From Macrostomum lignano (Eukaryota), in NCBI GenBank assembly GCA_002269645.1, contig NIVC01002163.1:62001-126000 (forward strand): a stretch of 64,000 bases of DNA, in the 5' to 3' direction. Position 1 is the stretch's first letter, and every line of letters starts with the position of its first letter. Below the pieces are notes generated by a model. The model saw only the letters and a list, made by a program, of their open reading frames with translations. It was not told where the DNA came from and made no database searches. This document shows, piece after piece, positions 1 through 12,900 of this stretch. Position numbers and translations under genes: made by a program.

Positions 1-1959
1 TGAAGAAGAAACGCCGTGGGAGCCTTCACTGTAGTCAGCATTTGCCGCAAAGAAAATTATACCTGGCAAGCCGTTTACTTATTTTGGTTAGATCATTATT
101 TTAATGCAAAGTAAAACAACAATAGAATACATTATCAGAACCTATAAAAATAAAGATATTTTCATGAAAAAATATTGTGTATGGTCATAAAAGTATTTGA
201 ATATATAAAACATAGAACACTTTTTTTTTCTGCCATGCATGTTCTTATAATCAGATTGCAATTATCGCAAGTCCCCAATTTTAACTTGACTACTCATCAG
301 TAGAAAAAGATGGCTCTTAGGCACTTATCTAGATTGCAAGCTGATTGCACGAGCAAATTGCAATTTTTACAATTTTCCCAATTGAATTACAATCACAATA
401 ATTAATGAGCAATCCGGTTGTCTAGGGTTGACTGATGACTCATACTTTTGTATTACTTTCAATTTAAAGCTTAGCCTGAAATAGATTAAGGGTAAAATCA
501 TTGACAATAATTAATTTCAATATGACTAGTATCAAATAAAATTTGAATGCCAACTAAAATATGTTTTTAATATTCCATTTGACAAATAATTTATATTTGT
601 ATTTTTAAAGAAATAATCAACTAAATATAGATCACAGGGATATCATGTCTTGCAAATTTAAATTGACATTAATCATTAGTATTTGAATTTGAACAAGCTA
701 CTAATATTTGTTTATTCCAAGTAAAGAGTATAAGCAAGGCTATATCTTGGATATAATCATGCCAAAACTAAGTTTCATAGGCCGTATAATAATTTATAAC
801 AATTTAATTCTAGGCTAATTTTTATTGTAAAAAATGATACAAAGAGTTTCTTATTTAAAGTATAGTGGAGCCTAGCCTAGTCATTTTAAAGGCAATCAAA
901 TAATATTTGCATCCTTAAAAATCTATATTTTTGGCAATTTGCCAAAATGGCCTAAAATTAATTACTAGTATCCATTGATAATAAGTTTTATTGAAACAAC
1001 AAATAGCTATTGAAATAGGCCTAAACAGATAGATGATAGTTAATAGGCCTAAATAATTTTTATTTAATATATTCTAATAGGCCCTAAGCTTTTATTCTAC
1101 TTTATTTAAATAGTCTTTAACTAGACTTGTCTAGTTTCCATAAGACCAAGTTAGGCTAGCAGCTTTTTAGTTTACATTTTGTCATAGAATAGGACACTAT
1201 AGCAAAATCTTGCTTTTAAACCTATAACCAAAGGGTATTTTGTAGATTTTGTAAAAAATAATTTTCCAAGTACACTAAGGTCTATATGTCTATGGCAAAT
1301 AAAAAGTTAGCTATATTTAGTTAGCTAAGATAGATAGATACAGACAACTCATTTTTATTATATTTAGTTAGCTATATAAAAATATTAAAAGTTTTGAAAA
1401 TATTAAATATTAATATTTTAAAACTTCAATTTGATCCTTTGCTAAAATATGGGCTTTTAATAGTAGCTTGGGTTAATTACTTGGCGACTTTAAGATTATG
1501 TATGAAATTATTTGCTTATCAAAGAACTTTGATATAGATTTATGCCTAATAGGGGTTTTGATATAGCTGTATTCAATTGGTATTGGTCCTGTTAAAGCTT
1601 CCAAAATAGTATTATATATTTAGTAACATGTTTATATCCTAAAATCAGTGATTAAATTTTCTTTATATCTTAGCATTAAGTGATATAATTTATACCATGT
1701 GCACCATTCTTATCTAAGCTATAGGTGATGCGATTTTTGTCACAAAGCCCTGGCTTGGGTTGATAAGGAGAGTGGAGAATTATGACTATAGAATTAAATA
1801 AAAGCTGCAACTCAGTCCTCAGTCCTGTTGAGCTGGTTTTGTGATGAAAAAAAATATTATTGAGTGTACTTCCAATCTAAAGAAGTTGATAATGTTTAGC
1901 AAATAAAAATTTAATGCATGGACAATTAATTATTGCTGACAACTTGAACAACTTACATT

Positions 1960-4900
1960 ATGTCAACACCTGGTGAATCAATTGATCTGGTTCACACAGA
2001 GCAACTACTACAAGAATTCAAAAGGCAGCTAATTATTGAACAACAGGCATGTCCACCTTCAGCAGTGTCTAAAAAGCTGTCAAAAGTATGCACATCTTGG
2101 AAGATGAAGTATCATCTCAGACCTGCTGTTTTAACTGTACTGCTCATTGTAGTGCCAAGCATTTTGATTTATATGAATGAGCAGGTAAGTTAAATTTTGT
2201 AATTCTTGCAACTCACAGAAAGAGTCGTGAAAAAGTTTTCCAAGAGTCATGCTAGCGCTTAACTTTCTACTAACTCAAGTAGACTAAATAGTTTGTTTTA
2301 AATGCGAAATGCATTTGGATTCTAATTTATTAATTAGAATCCGCCTTAGATACAACTCTGCGGACCCAGATTCTTTATAGTTGCGCCACTTGCACTTGCG
2401 TCGCCCCCAGAGTAATTTACCCCTCCAATGTACCCCTGCATTTATATAAAATGAAAACGTACAAGAAAAAGATGCATTTGATATGCAGTTACTATCGAGA
2501 CGTTTTGGACGGGTAAATCTCTATTTTAAGACTTAACTAAGCATTATGGGCTAACATGGGCGAGTAATTCGTCTGCGGGCAATTCTCATGGACCCGCCCC
2601 CACAGTCTCAGCATGTACAAGCTGTACAATTCACTCGTATTTTATATTTTAATACAATTTTTATTCACATATCAAGCCCATACTACTAGCAGTATAAGAG
2701 TAGTAAATAATCAGGGAATCGCCGACTCTTTAATTCTCGCATGCAGGCCAGTCTATCGGTGATGAAGCATCTCCGCGTAGCAACGGCAGCCACCATTCTG
2801 CCCATTGCCGATTGGCTCGGCCTGCCAGACGAGCTCTGCCTCATCGGCAACCCGATGCACACTCCGCCGTTTGTGCTGAAATCGCCCGACGACTGTCGCA
2901 ACTGCGCCTCGCTGGACCGCGTCATCCGCATCCGGGAGGGCCCGTTCCGATCTGCCGACTTTGTTCGCGATCTGATTAACACTCAGCAGCCTGCAATTAT
3001 CGACCCGGAGGTGCGCTTGTGAATGTGATACCCATGAAATAATCGCCCTGCCTCAACCAATAGAAAAATCGCCTTCCCCCAACCCAATAGAAAAATCGCC
3101 CTTTGCCAGACTCAATAGAAAAATCGCCCCTCCCCAGACTTATTAGAAAAATCGCTCTCCCCGAACCCAAAAGAAAATCGCCCTCCCCAAACACAATAGA
3201 ATTATCGCCCCTCCTCGAACCCAATAGAAAAGTCGCCCCTCCCCAAGCCCAATAAAAATCGCCCTCCCCAAACCCTATAGAAAAATCGCCCCTCCCCAGA
3301 CTTAATAGAAAAATCGCCCTCCTCAAACCCAACAGAAAAATCGCCCCTTTAAACCCAATAGGACAATCGCCCTCCCCAAACCCAATAGAAAAATCGCACC
3401 TCCCCAGACTTAATAGAAAAATCGCCCTCCCCAAACCCAATAGAAAAATCGCCCTCCCCGAACCCAAAAGAAAATCGCCCTCCCCAAACACAATAGAATT
3501 ATCGCCCCTCCTCGAACCCAATAGAAAAGTCGCCCCTCCCCAAGCCCAATAAAAATCGCCCCTCCCCAGACTTAATAGAAAAATCGCCCCCAAACCCTAT
3601 AGAAAAATCGCCCCCAAACCCTATAGAAAAATCGCCCCTCCCCAGACTTAATAGAAAAATCGCCCTCCCTAAACCCAATAGGAAAATCTCTAAAGCTCCA
3701 TCATCAATCGCGGGTTTAGCCAACAACCTTCCCCACCCAAACGGCAGGCCGCGGGTTCGACTCCGCTGTTCTCAGCGGGGCCGTCCATCGCCCAGGTGGC
3801 GCAGCTGCACACGTTCTACTCCCAGCTGCCTCCACTGGAGCCTCAGCTGTCGGACGTCGCCCCGCAGTCAGCTAAAGAAGCCGCGTCGGCGGCTTTATTG
3901 ATTTCGGCCGCGGTTGAAGGCGTCTGCGACATGCGGCACAGCCTGGCTAGGTCGCGGCCGTCGCTCAACTCGCCGACTCGACTGCTCCGGGCGGCCGCCA
4001 CCGAAGGTCTGGGCAGTGGCCCCGGCACCGGCTGGGCGGCCTCCTGGCGCAACTGCCATCCGGAGGTCGTGCGCAAATTCCGCCTGTATCTCGGCCGGCC
4101 GGAATGCCTCCCCCTGTCCGTCTCATTCGGACACAGCCACTTGCTGATGTGGCAGTCACATCCCGGACACGAGTTCATGACACTGCCGACAAGGCCCGAG
4201 CACACTCTGCTGCTGCTGCATCAGGTCTGACTCGTTTGGCCTATTTTTTGACTCATTTGACCAATTGTCTGACTCATTTGATCAGTTGTCTGACTCATTT
4301 GACCAATTGTCTGACTCATTTGACCAGTTTTTTTACTCATTTGACCATGCAGGTTATGATGCAGTTGACCACTCTCTGACCCAGGTGACTACTCTCTGAC
4401 CCAGGTGACCACTCTCTGACCCAGGTGACCACTCTCTGACCCAGGTGACCACTCTCTGACCCAGTTGACCACTCTCTGACCCAGTTGACCACTCTCTGAC
4501 CCAGTTGACCACTCTCTGACCCAGGTGACCACTCTCTGACCCAGTTGACCACTCTCTGACCCAGTTGACCACTCTCTGACCCAGTTGACCACTCTCTGAC
4601 CCAGTTGACCACTCTCTGACCCAGTTGACCACTCTCTGACCCAGTTGACCACTCTCTGACCCAGGTGACCACTCTCTGACCCAGTTGACCACTCTCTGAC
4701 CCAGTTGACCACTCTCTGACCCAGGTGACCACTCTCTGACCCAGGTGACCACTCTCTGACCCAGTTGACCACTCTCTGACCCAGTTGACCACTCTCTGAC
4801 CCAGGTGACCACTCTCTGACCCAGGTGACCGCTCTCTGACCCAGGTGACCACTCTCTGACACAGGTGACCACTCTCTGACCAAGGTGACCAGTCTCTGAC

Positions 4901-6866
4901 CCAGGTGACCACTCTCTGACCCAGGTGACCACTCTCTGACCCAGGTGACCACTCTCTGGCCCAGGTGACCAGTCTCTGACCCAGGTGACCACTCTCTGAC
5001 CCAGGTGACCACTCTCTGACCCAGGTGACCACTCTCTGACCCAGGTGACCACTCTCTGGCCCAGGTGACCACTCTCTGACCCAGGTGACCACTCTCTGAC
5101 CCAGGTGACCACTCTCTGACCCAGGTGACCACTCTCTGACCCAGGTGACTACTCTCTGACCCAGGTGACCACTATCTGAGCCAGATAACCACTATCTGAC
5201 CCAGATGACTACTCTCTGACACAGGTGACCACTCTCTGACCCAGGTGACCACTCTCTGACCCAAGTAACCACTCTCTGACCTAGGTGACCACTCTGACCC
5301 AGGTGACCACTCTCTGACCTAGGTGACCACTCTGACCCAGGTGACCACTCTCTGACCCAGGTGACCACTCTCTGACCCAGGTGACTACTCTCTGACCCAG
5401 GTGACCACTATCTGAGCCAGATAACCACTATCTGACCCAGATGACTACTCTCTGACACAGGTGACCACTCTCTGACCCAGGTGACCACTCTCTGACCCAG
5501 GTGACCACTCTCTGACCCACTTGACCACTCTCTGGCCCAGGTGACCACTCTCTGACCCAGGTGACCACTCTCTGACCCAGGTGACCACTCTCTGACCCAG
5601 GTGACCACTCTCTGACCCAGGTGACCACTCTCTGACCCAGGTGACTACTCTCTGACCCAGGTGACCACTATCTGAGCCAGATAACCACTATCTGACCCAG
5701 ATGACTACTCTCTGACACAGGTGACCACTCTCTGACCCAGGTGACCACTCTCTGACCCAAGTAACCACTCTCTGACCTAGGTGACCACTCTGACCCAGGT
5801 GACCACTCTCTGACCTAGGTGACCACTCTGACCCAGGTGACCACTCTCTGACCCAGGTGACCACTCTCTGACCCAGGTGACTACTCTCTGACCCAGGTGA
5901 CCACTATCTGAGCCAGATAACCACTATCTGACCCAGATGACTACTCTCTGACACAGGTGACCACTCTCTGACCCAGGTGACCACTCTCTGACCCAGTTGA
6001 CCACTCTCTGACCCAGGTGACCACTCTCTGACCCAGGTGACCACTCTCTGACACAGGTGACCACTCTCTGACCCAGGTGACCAGTCTCTGACCCAGGTGA
6101 CCACTCTCTGACCCAGGTGACCACTCTCTGACCCAGGTGACCACTCTCTGACCCAGGTGACCACTCTCTGACCCAGGTGACCACTCTCTGACCCAGGTGA
6201 CCACTCTCTGACCCAGGTGACCACTCTCTGACCCAGGTGACCACTCTCTGACCCAGGTGACCACTCTCTGACCCAGGTGACCAGTCTCTGACCCAGTTGA
6301 CCACTCTCTGACCCAGTTGACTACTCTCTGACCCAGGTGACCAGTCTCTGACCCAGTTGACCACTCTCTGACCAAGGTGACCACTCTCTGACACAGGTGA
6401 CCACTCTCTGACCCAGGTGACCAGTCTCTGACCCAGGTGACTACTCTCTGACCCAGGTGACCACTATCTGAGCCAGATAACCACTATCTGACCCAGATGA
6501 CTACTCTCTGACACAGGTGACCACTCTCTGACCCAGGTGACCACTCTCTGACCCAAGTAACCACTCTCTGACCTAGGTGACCACTCTGACCCAAGTAACC
6601 ACTCTCTGACCAAGGTGACCACTCTTTGACCCAGGTGACCACTCTCTGACCCAGGTAACCACTCTCTGACCCAGGTAACAGGCACGATTCGAATCGAGCT
6701 GACGCCGCGCGAGGCCTGCAGCGGCCGGTGCGCCCCCCTGCAGGCGGTGCTGCGGCCGGGCCAGCTGCTGGCGGTGAGCAACTGGTACTACCGGCTGGCC
6801 TGGCTGCCAGTCACCATGGGCGAAGGCTTCGCCGTTGGTTTGGAGGCCAGCACTGTTAATTTCTAA
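1960..6866 (+). CDS. 4-exon gene (~369 aa), type II membrane protein resembling the C6orf89/BRAP family
   Basis: Exons 1960-2184, 2747-3010, 3796-4224 and 6675-6866 join in phase 0 via GT..AG (CAG|GTAAGT, ATGCAG|GCC, GAG|GTGCGC, CCCAG|GTG, CAG|GTCTGA, CCCAG|GTA), ending at TAA 6864-6866. N-terminal TM helix (VLTVLLIVVPSILIYM), CRNC motif and C-terminal IELTPREACSGRCAPLQAVLRPGQLL recall human C6orf89 from memory, so family assignment is tentative. Confidence 0.7.
3040..3682. repeat. Intronic minisatellite, ~27-28 bp unit (AATAGAAAAATCGCCCTCCCCAAACCC-like)
   Basis: Directly visible degenerate tandem repeat filling intron 2 of the C6orf89-like gene. Confidence 0.95.
4365..6676. repeat. Intronic minisatellite, 20 bp unit GACCACTCTCTGACCCAGGT, ~115 copies
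   Basis: Directly visible; fills intron 3 and its last unit supplies the acceptor of exon 4. Confidence 0.98.
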
Positions 6867-7138
6867 TTCGGCATTAGATCTGCAATCCATGACCCGTGTC
6901 TATCTGGAACTGACTCTTCAAATCTCAATTACTGTTAAATCTTTTAGCCCATGCTTTCTGCAAATTTCTATAGAATTTTAATGTGTTGATGTTTTTAAAA
7001 TTTGCCAAAATAACACAAATATACGAATTTTAATATGCTTTTGCTCTTTCGTATGCTCTGTGTTGTACATTTATGTAGTTAACGTGAGTCCTGATTGTCT
7101 TTCATTTTGATCAGTGAATTGGGCATGCCCTGCAAATC

Positions 7139-8312
7139 ACTGGCTGTAAGCTATTAGTGTGAGCACATCACTGATTGTAAGCTATTAGTGTGAGCACATC
7201 ACTGATTGTAAGCTATTAGTGTGAGCACATCACTCACTGTAAGCTATTAGTGTGAGCACATCACTCACTGTAAGCTATTAGTGTGAGCACATCACTCACT
7301 GTAAGCTATTAGTGTGAGCACATCACTCACTGTAAGCTATTAGTGTGAGCACATCACTCACTGTAAGCTATTAGTGTGAGCACATCACTGACTGTAAGCT
7401 ATTAGTGTGAGCACATCACTGACTGTAAGCTATTAGTGTGAGCACATCACTCACTGTAAGCTATTAGTGTGAGCACATCACTCACTGTAAGCTATTAGTG
7501 TGAGCACATCACTGACTGTAAGCTATTAGTGTGAGCACATCACTCACTGTAAGCTATTAGTGTGAGCACATCACTCACTGTAAGCTATTAGTGTGAGCAC
7601 ATCACTCACTGTAAGCTATTAGTGTGAGCACATCACTGACTGTAAGCTATTAGTGTGAGCACATCACTCACTGTAAGCTATTAGTGTGAGCACATCACTG
7701 ACTTTAAGCTATTAGTGTGAGCACATCATTGACTCTAAGCTATTAGTGTGAGCACATCACTGACTGTAAGCTATTAGTGTGAGCACATCACTCACTGTAA
7801 GCTATTAGTGTGAGCACATCACTCACTGTAAGCTATTAGTGTGAGCACATCACTGACTTTAAGCTATTAGTGTGAGCACATCATTGACTGTAAGCTATTA
7901 GTGTGAGCACATCACTGACTGTAAGCTATTAGTGTGAGCACATCACTCACTGTAAGCTATTAGTGTGAGCACATCACTGACTGTAAGCTATTAGTGTGAG
8001 CACATCACTCACTGTAAGCTATTAGTGTGAGCACATCACTGACTGTAAGCTATTAGTGTGAGCACATCATTGACTGTAAGCTATTAGTGTGAGCACATCA
8101 CTGACTGTAAGCTATTAGTGTGAGCACATCACTGACTGTAAGCTATTAGTGTGAGCACATCACTGACTGTAAGCTATTAGTGTGAGCACATCACTCACTG
8201 TAAGCTATTAGTGTGAGCACATCACTGACTGTAAGCTATTAGTGTGAGCACATCACTGACTGTAAGTTAGTAATGTGAGCACATCGCTTACTGAGCTATT
8301 AGTGTGAGCACA
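7139..8312. repeat. Minisatellite, 31 bp unit TGTAAGCTATTAGTGTGAGCACATCACT(G/C)AC, ~37 copies
   Basis: Near-perfect tandem repeat starting ~270 bp downstream of the C6orf89-like stop; no unique spacers. Confidence 0.98.
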
Positions 8313-9773
8313 AAATGAATGTAAATGCCGCTAATCGCCCCACCTGTAGCAATTGACGTCAAGTGTTTTTTTTAGTTTTAAAAGCGAAAAATGTAGAAAT
8401 GTCGTCCTTTAGCCCTTCTGTGCAGCCGTGCTACATAATTGTACATGCAGCTCAGACAGATAGTGGATCGTACACAATTCCCCTGAGTACAGTTTAACTA
8501 AACGCACTTTTGTCATTTTAGCAGAGAAAACACAGCTGAAAATTCCGAGAAATTTTTATCGATTCTTTAACCCCGTCTGTTCTGGCCAAAGCTGTAGGGA
8601 GTTAAATACTGATTACTATAGCTGTTATACCTGTACATGTAGCTCGACATGGGCCTTGTGACGCCGCTTGCACTACCGCGTGGAATCGAATCAAATACTG
8701 GTCCGCTTGAGCTAAACCTGTAGCGTCTTAATTCAGTTAATCCTATCAAAATTTAGTCAACTAATGGTAAGTGAAATAGATTACAAGATGTCAATGTGCT
8801 TGTGGCTTTGTCATTAGCTATAGATTTTAGTCTTTCTAGTGCGACAGACATCGTAGTAACATTCAAACTCTAGCTTTACCCGTATATGTAGCTATCAATT
8901 TCCTTACACAGGCTCGTACACTACATTACACATGAGCTCAGACCAAGATTCATAAACCTAAGGTGTGCCACTCTGTGATCGCAAGCATTCTCATTTGATG
9001 CCAAGGCAAAATCTCCTGTGTTGTATTATAGGTGCGGATTGAGATTCATTTTTAGAAAATTTTAAAATCCCCTCTTCCCTCTTACCCCTCCCCCACCCTC
9101 TCCAGCGTCGTGTAGGATTGATCTCGTCTATTGGTTGAACTTGATGGTCTAATATTATTAGATATAATTAAATAAAAATGAGATTCGTGTATGCTAACCT
9201 CTATACAAAAATCACGAGTCAAATTTTAGTAGCTTAGACGCACATCGACCTTAAATTCCAGCTGCATGATTTTGTAAAGAGCGCAAAAAATTAATCTGTC
9301 CATGTCCCGACACTACTACTGAGCTACTGACTGTCAGCGGCAACTCGCTATAATCATGTGGTTAAAAAGTGCGAGGCCGACTCCTTTAAAAGCATAGTCT
9401 GTGGCCAAGCCTTATACAACTTCCATGATATACTCGTACTAAAACTATCCTGGGAACTGTGATTATAATGCAGATTTACTAGACCAACGTAAAGTAATGG
9501 CAGGTTAATATGAAGCGAGAATTTACACTTACTTTTTTCACCCATTATTCTACAGTGTATTACCGTTCTGTCTGTTTTCTCGTTTTATGTCGCATGTACA
9601 ATCCTATGAACTTCTTTGCTATTCAATCACCAGAATGCGATTTCAGCCATAGACGAATTACTTTTTAGCACTAAATGTAACCCCACCGGATTCGACTAAA
9701 TTTCGATACCATGGGCGACTAAAGTACGAGGGCCGAAGGCCCGAGGGATTTATGAAAATGTGTAATCTCGTAT

Positions 9774-9855
9774 AAACCATAGACATTTATAATGACTTAT
9801 AAAGACTTATAAAGTCTTGCAAATATTGTCCCGGAAAATCTTTATGTCTATGGAT
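9774..9855. mobile_element. Short MITE-like element, degenerate copy (AAACCATAGAC...GTCTATGG)
   Basis: Terminal inverted repeat; right end AAATATTGTCCCGGAAAATCTTTATGTCTATGG matches the copy at 24196-24297. Confidence 0.55.
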
Positions 9856-9961
9856 TATGTATCAGATTAAACATGCCTTTTGAGGGAGTTATTTGTATAA
9901 ATCACGAGGGCCTGAGGCCCGAGAGATTTATGAAAATAACTCCCGAAAAAGGCATGTGTAA

Positions 9962-12900
9962 TCCTAATACTAAAACTGCTGCGATGTTTGTCTGTCTTCT
10001 CTCTCCTAATACTAAAACCGACGCGATGTTTGTCTGTCTGTCTGTCTGTATGTAGCAAGTGAACTCCTACAATTCTGCCAAGTCAGCGTCGAAACTTATA
10101 TGGGAAAACTGCAAATTTTCCGGATCAGGCTTTAGGCTATTTTAATTTTTAATTTTCACATTTTAACATCCCTAAAAAAGCAGAAAACTGCTTTTTTAAC
10201 CCCCAATAACCTTCTTTGGCCACTCTGCCTGGGGCTGCAGGCCTGCAGCCAGTTTGTAAAAATAGCCACCCCAACCTCCGCCCGCGGGCCGCTGTGTATT
10301 GAGGGGTGGTGGGTGCGAGTGGAAATAAAACCCCCCGCGTGTTAAGGGGGGGGGGGGTTCAGTTAAATTTAATGCTTCCCCCAGAACGGGGGGTTGGGCT
10401 TGGGCTGAGTGTACATAGCAGTTGTACAGTGTAAACAGATAGATAGGAGTCAGGACTGTGTCGAGATTCAATTGGTTTTATTATTGGCGCCTTTTTTCTC
10501 CATGGGCAGCCCTGTGTATTAGTTTGGCAGTGAAATTCAATGAATAAACTTGCGAGCTTCTCTAGCAAGCAGTTGGGAAATCGGTAAATTTCAAACGCTA
10601 ACTGTTCCTCGAGTTTTAAACTTTGAGAGGAGAAACTTATATTGCTGGAAAGATCTTGCAACGCTGAGTTCGGGGATATAAGTTGTTTGCTTTAAATATG
10701 CAAAGAAAAAGCACCGCATTTAAAAAACTATTTCCATACTTTTAACTTTCTGCAAAAATTGTACTCAGTTTTGCGAGACGTAATAGATAAAGTTGGGGGA
10801 GGGTTCAACTTCTCACTGCTGCTGTGTATTGGAGGGTTGATTTAGATTGACTGACTGACTGTGAAATCAGTTGCGCAATGAATTGATTCAATTAGTTCAA
10901 TATCTTTATCAGTGCCTTTTAACACGAAGCTGTACGTAGTTCGAACCCTAACCCTAACCCTAACCCTAACCCTAACCAATGAATCCGGAGAGTTGAGTTG
11001 TTTGACGGAAAAAAATTCGATTGAGTCCAGTTTAGCGGAGACGATTTCAATGTTTTATTTTGACGAAGAGGATTTCTGTTTCGTGGAGAGGATTTCGATG
11101 GTGTTCAGTTTCGTGGAAAGGATTTCGATGGTGTTCAGCTTCACGGAGAGGATTTCTGTTTCGCGGAGATAATTTATGATTGATTTCTGTTTTATGGAGA
11201 CGATATCTGTGATTTTGATGGATTTAAGTTTCAAGGAAATGATTTCGAAGGAGTCCAGTTTCACGGAGAGGATTTCGATGGTTTTCAGTTGCACGGACAG
11301 GATTTCTGCTTCGCGGAGAGGATCTTGATGGATTTGGCATCTTCAATCAGTCAGAGAAGAGAGTAAAGAGAAGAATGAAAAGAGAAGAGAGATTAGATGA
11401 TAGAAAACAGAGTAGAAATGAGTGGAGAGATTAGACATGACAGATTGGAGATGATAGGAGAGAGAATAGATGAGGGATAAGAGCGTACAGAGGCAATAGA
11501 AGAGAGGGGAGAGTAGAGGAGAAAGAAAGAGTGAGATGAGGCATGAGGGATGAGAGATGAGAGAGGAGAGAAGAGAGGAGAAAACAGGGATAAAGGAGAC
11601 AGGAGAGAAAGACGAAAGACGAGGGAGAAGAGATAAATAAGGTGGTAGAGATGAGAGACGTGAGAGGAGAGAAAAGAGAAGAGAGGAGACAGAAGAATCT
11701 GAGTCTGGACAATGGCAGTCAGTTTTTGCGAACAGGGAAAACAAGATATGGTATTTGAAAGGCTTTACAGAGGATTTGGAGATGATTTGGAAGATGGGAT
11801 TCAAGTCATGGAATTTCAGCTGATGGATTTCAGGGAATGGAATTCCGGTGATGGGAGTTCTTCCCCTTTCTCCTCCAGAGGAGGAGTTGGCCTCGTCCTA
11901 ATACTAAAACTGACGCGATGTTTGTCTGTCTGTATGTTGTAAGTGAACTCCTACAATTCTGCCAAGTCAGCGTCGAAACTTATATGGGAAAACTGCAAAT
12001 TTTCCGGATCAGGCTTTAGGCTATTTTAATTTTTAATTTTCACATTTTAACATCCCTAAAAAAGCAGAAAACTGCTTTTTTAACCCCCAATAACCTTCTT
12101 TGGCCACTCTGCCTGGGGCTGCAGCCAGTTTGTAAAAATAGCCACCCCAACCTCCGCCCGCGGGCCGCTGTGTATTGAGGGGTGGTGGGTGCGAGTGGAA
12201 ATAAAACCCCCGCGTGTTGGGGGGGGTTCAGTTAAATTTAATGCTTCCCCAGAACGGGGGGTTGGGCTTGGGCTGAGTGTACATAGCAGTTGTACACTGT
12301 AAACAGATAGATAGGAATCAGGACTGTGTCGAGATTCAATTGGTTTTATTATTGGCGCCTTTTTTCTCCATAGGCATCCCTGTGTATTAGCTTAGCAGTG
12401 AAATTCAATGAATTGCGAGCTTCTCTAGCAGCAGTCGGGAAAATCGGTAAATTTCAAACGCTAACTGTTCCTCGAGTTTTAAACTTTGAGAGAAGAGACT
12501 TATATTGCTGGAAAGATCTTGCAACGCTGAGTTCGGGGATATAAGTTGTTTGCTTTAAATATGCAAAGAAAAAGCACCGCATTTAAAAAACTATTTCCAT
12601 ACTTTTAACTTTCTGCAAAAATTGTACTCAGTTTTGCGAGACGTAATAGATAAAGTTGGGGGAGGGTTCAACTTCTCACTGCTGCTGTGTATTGGAGGGT
12701 TGATTTAGATTGACTGACTGACTGTGAAATCAGTTGCGCAATGAATTGATTCAATTAGTTCAATATCTTTATCAGTGCCTTTTAACACGAAGCTGTACGT
12801 AGTTCGAACCCTAACCCTAACCCTAACCCTAACCCTAACCAATGAATCCGGAGAGTTGAGTTGTTTGACGGAAAAAATTCGATTGAGTCCAGTTTAGCGG

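Noticed and set aside
4337-6890. Long ORFs (VVTWVREWSPGSESGHLGQR repeats) on the - strand
   Set aside because: Translations of a stop-free 20-bp minisatellite in all three frames, lying inside an intron of a + strand gene
7139-8312. CRISPR-like appearance of the 31-, 32- and 50-bp arrays (also 37722-38815 and 44060-46135)
   Set aside because: No unique spacers, no cas genes, eukaryotic context
8567-8749. 60-aa - strand ORF with a possible acceptor (CTACAG|) and Tyr/Ser-rich text
   Set aside because: No recognisable domain and no in-frame upstream exon found; the candidate exon near 8880-8950 has stops in all frames
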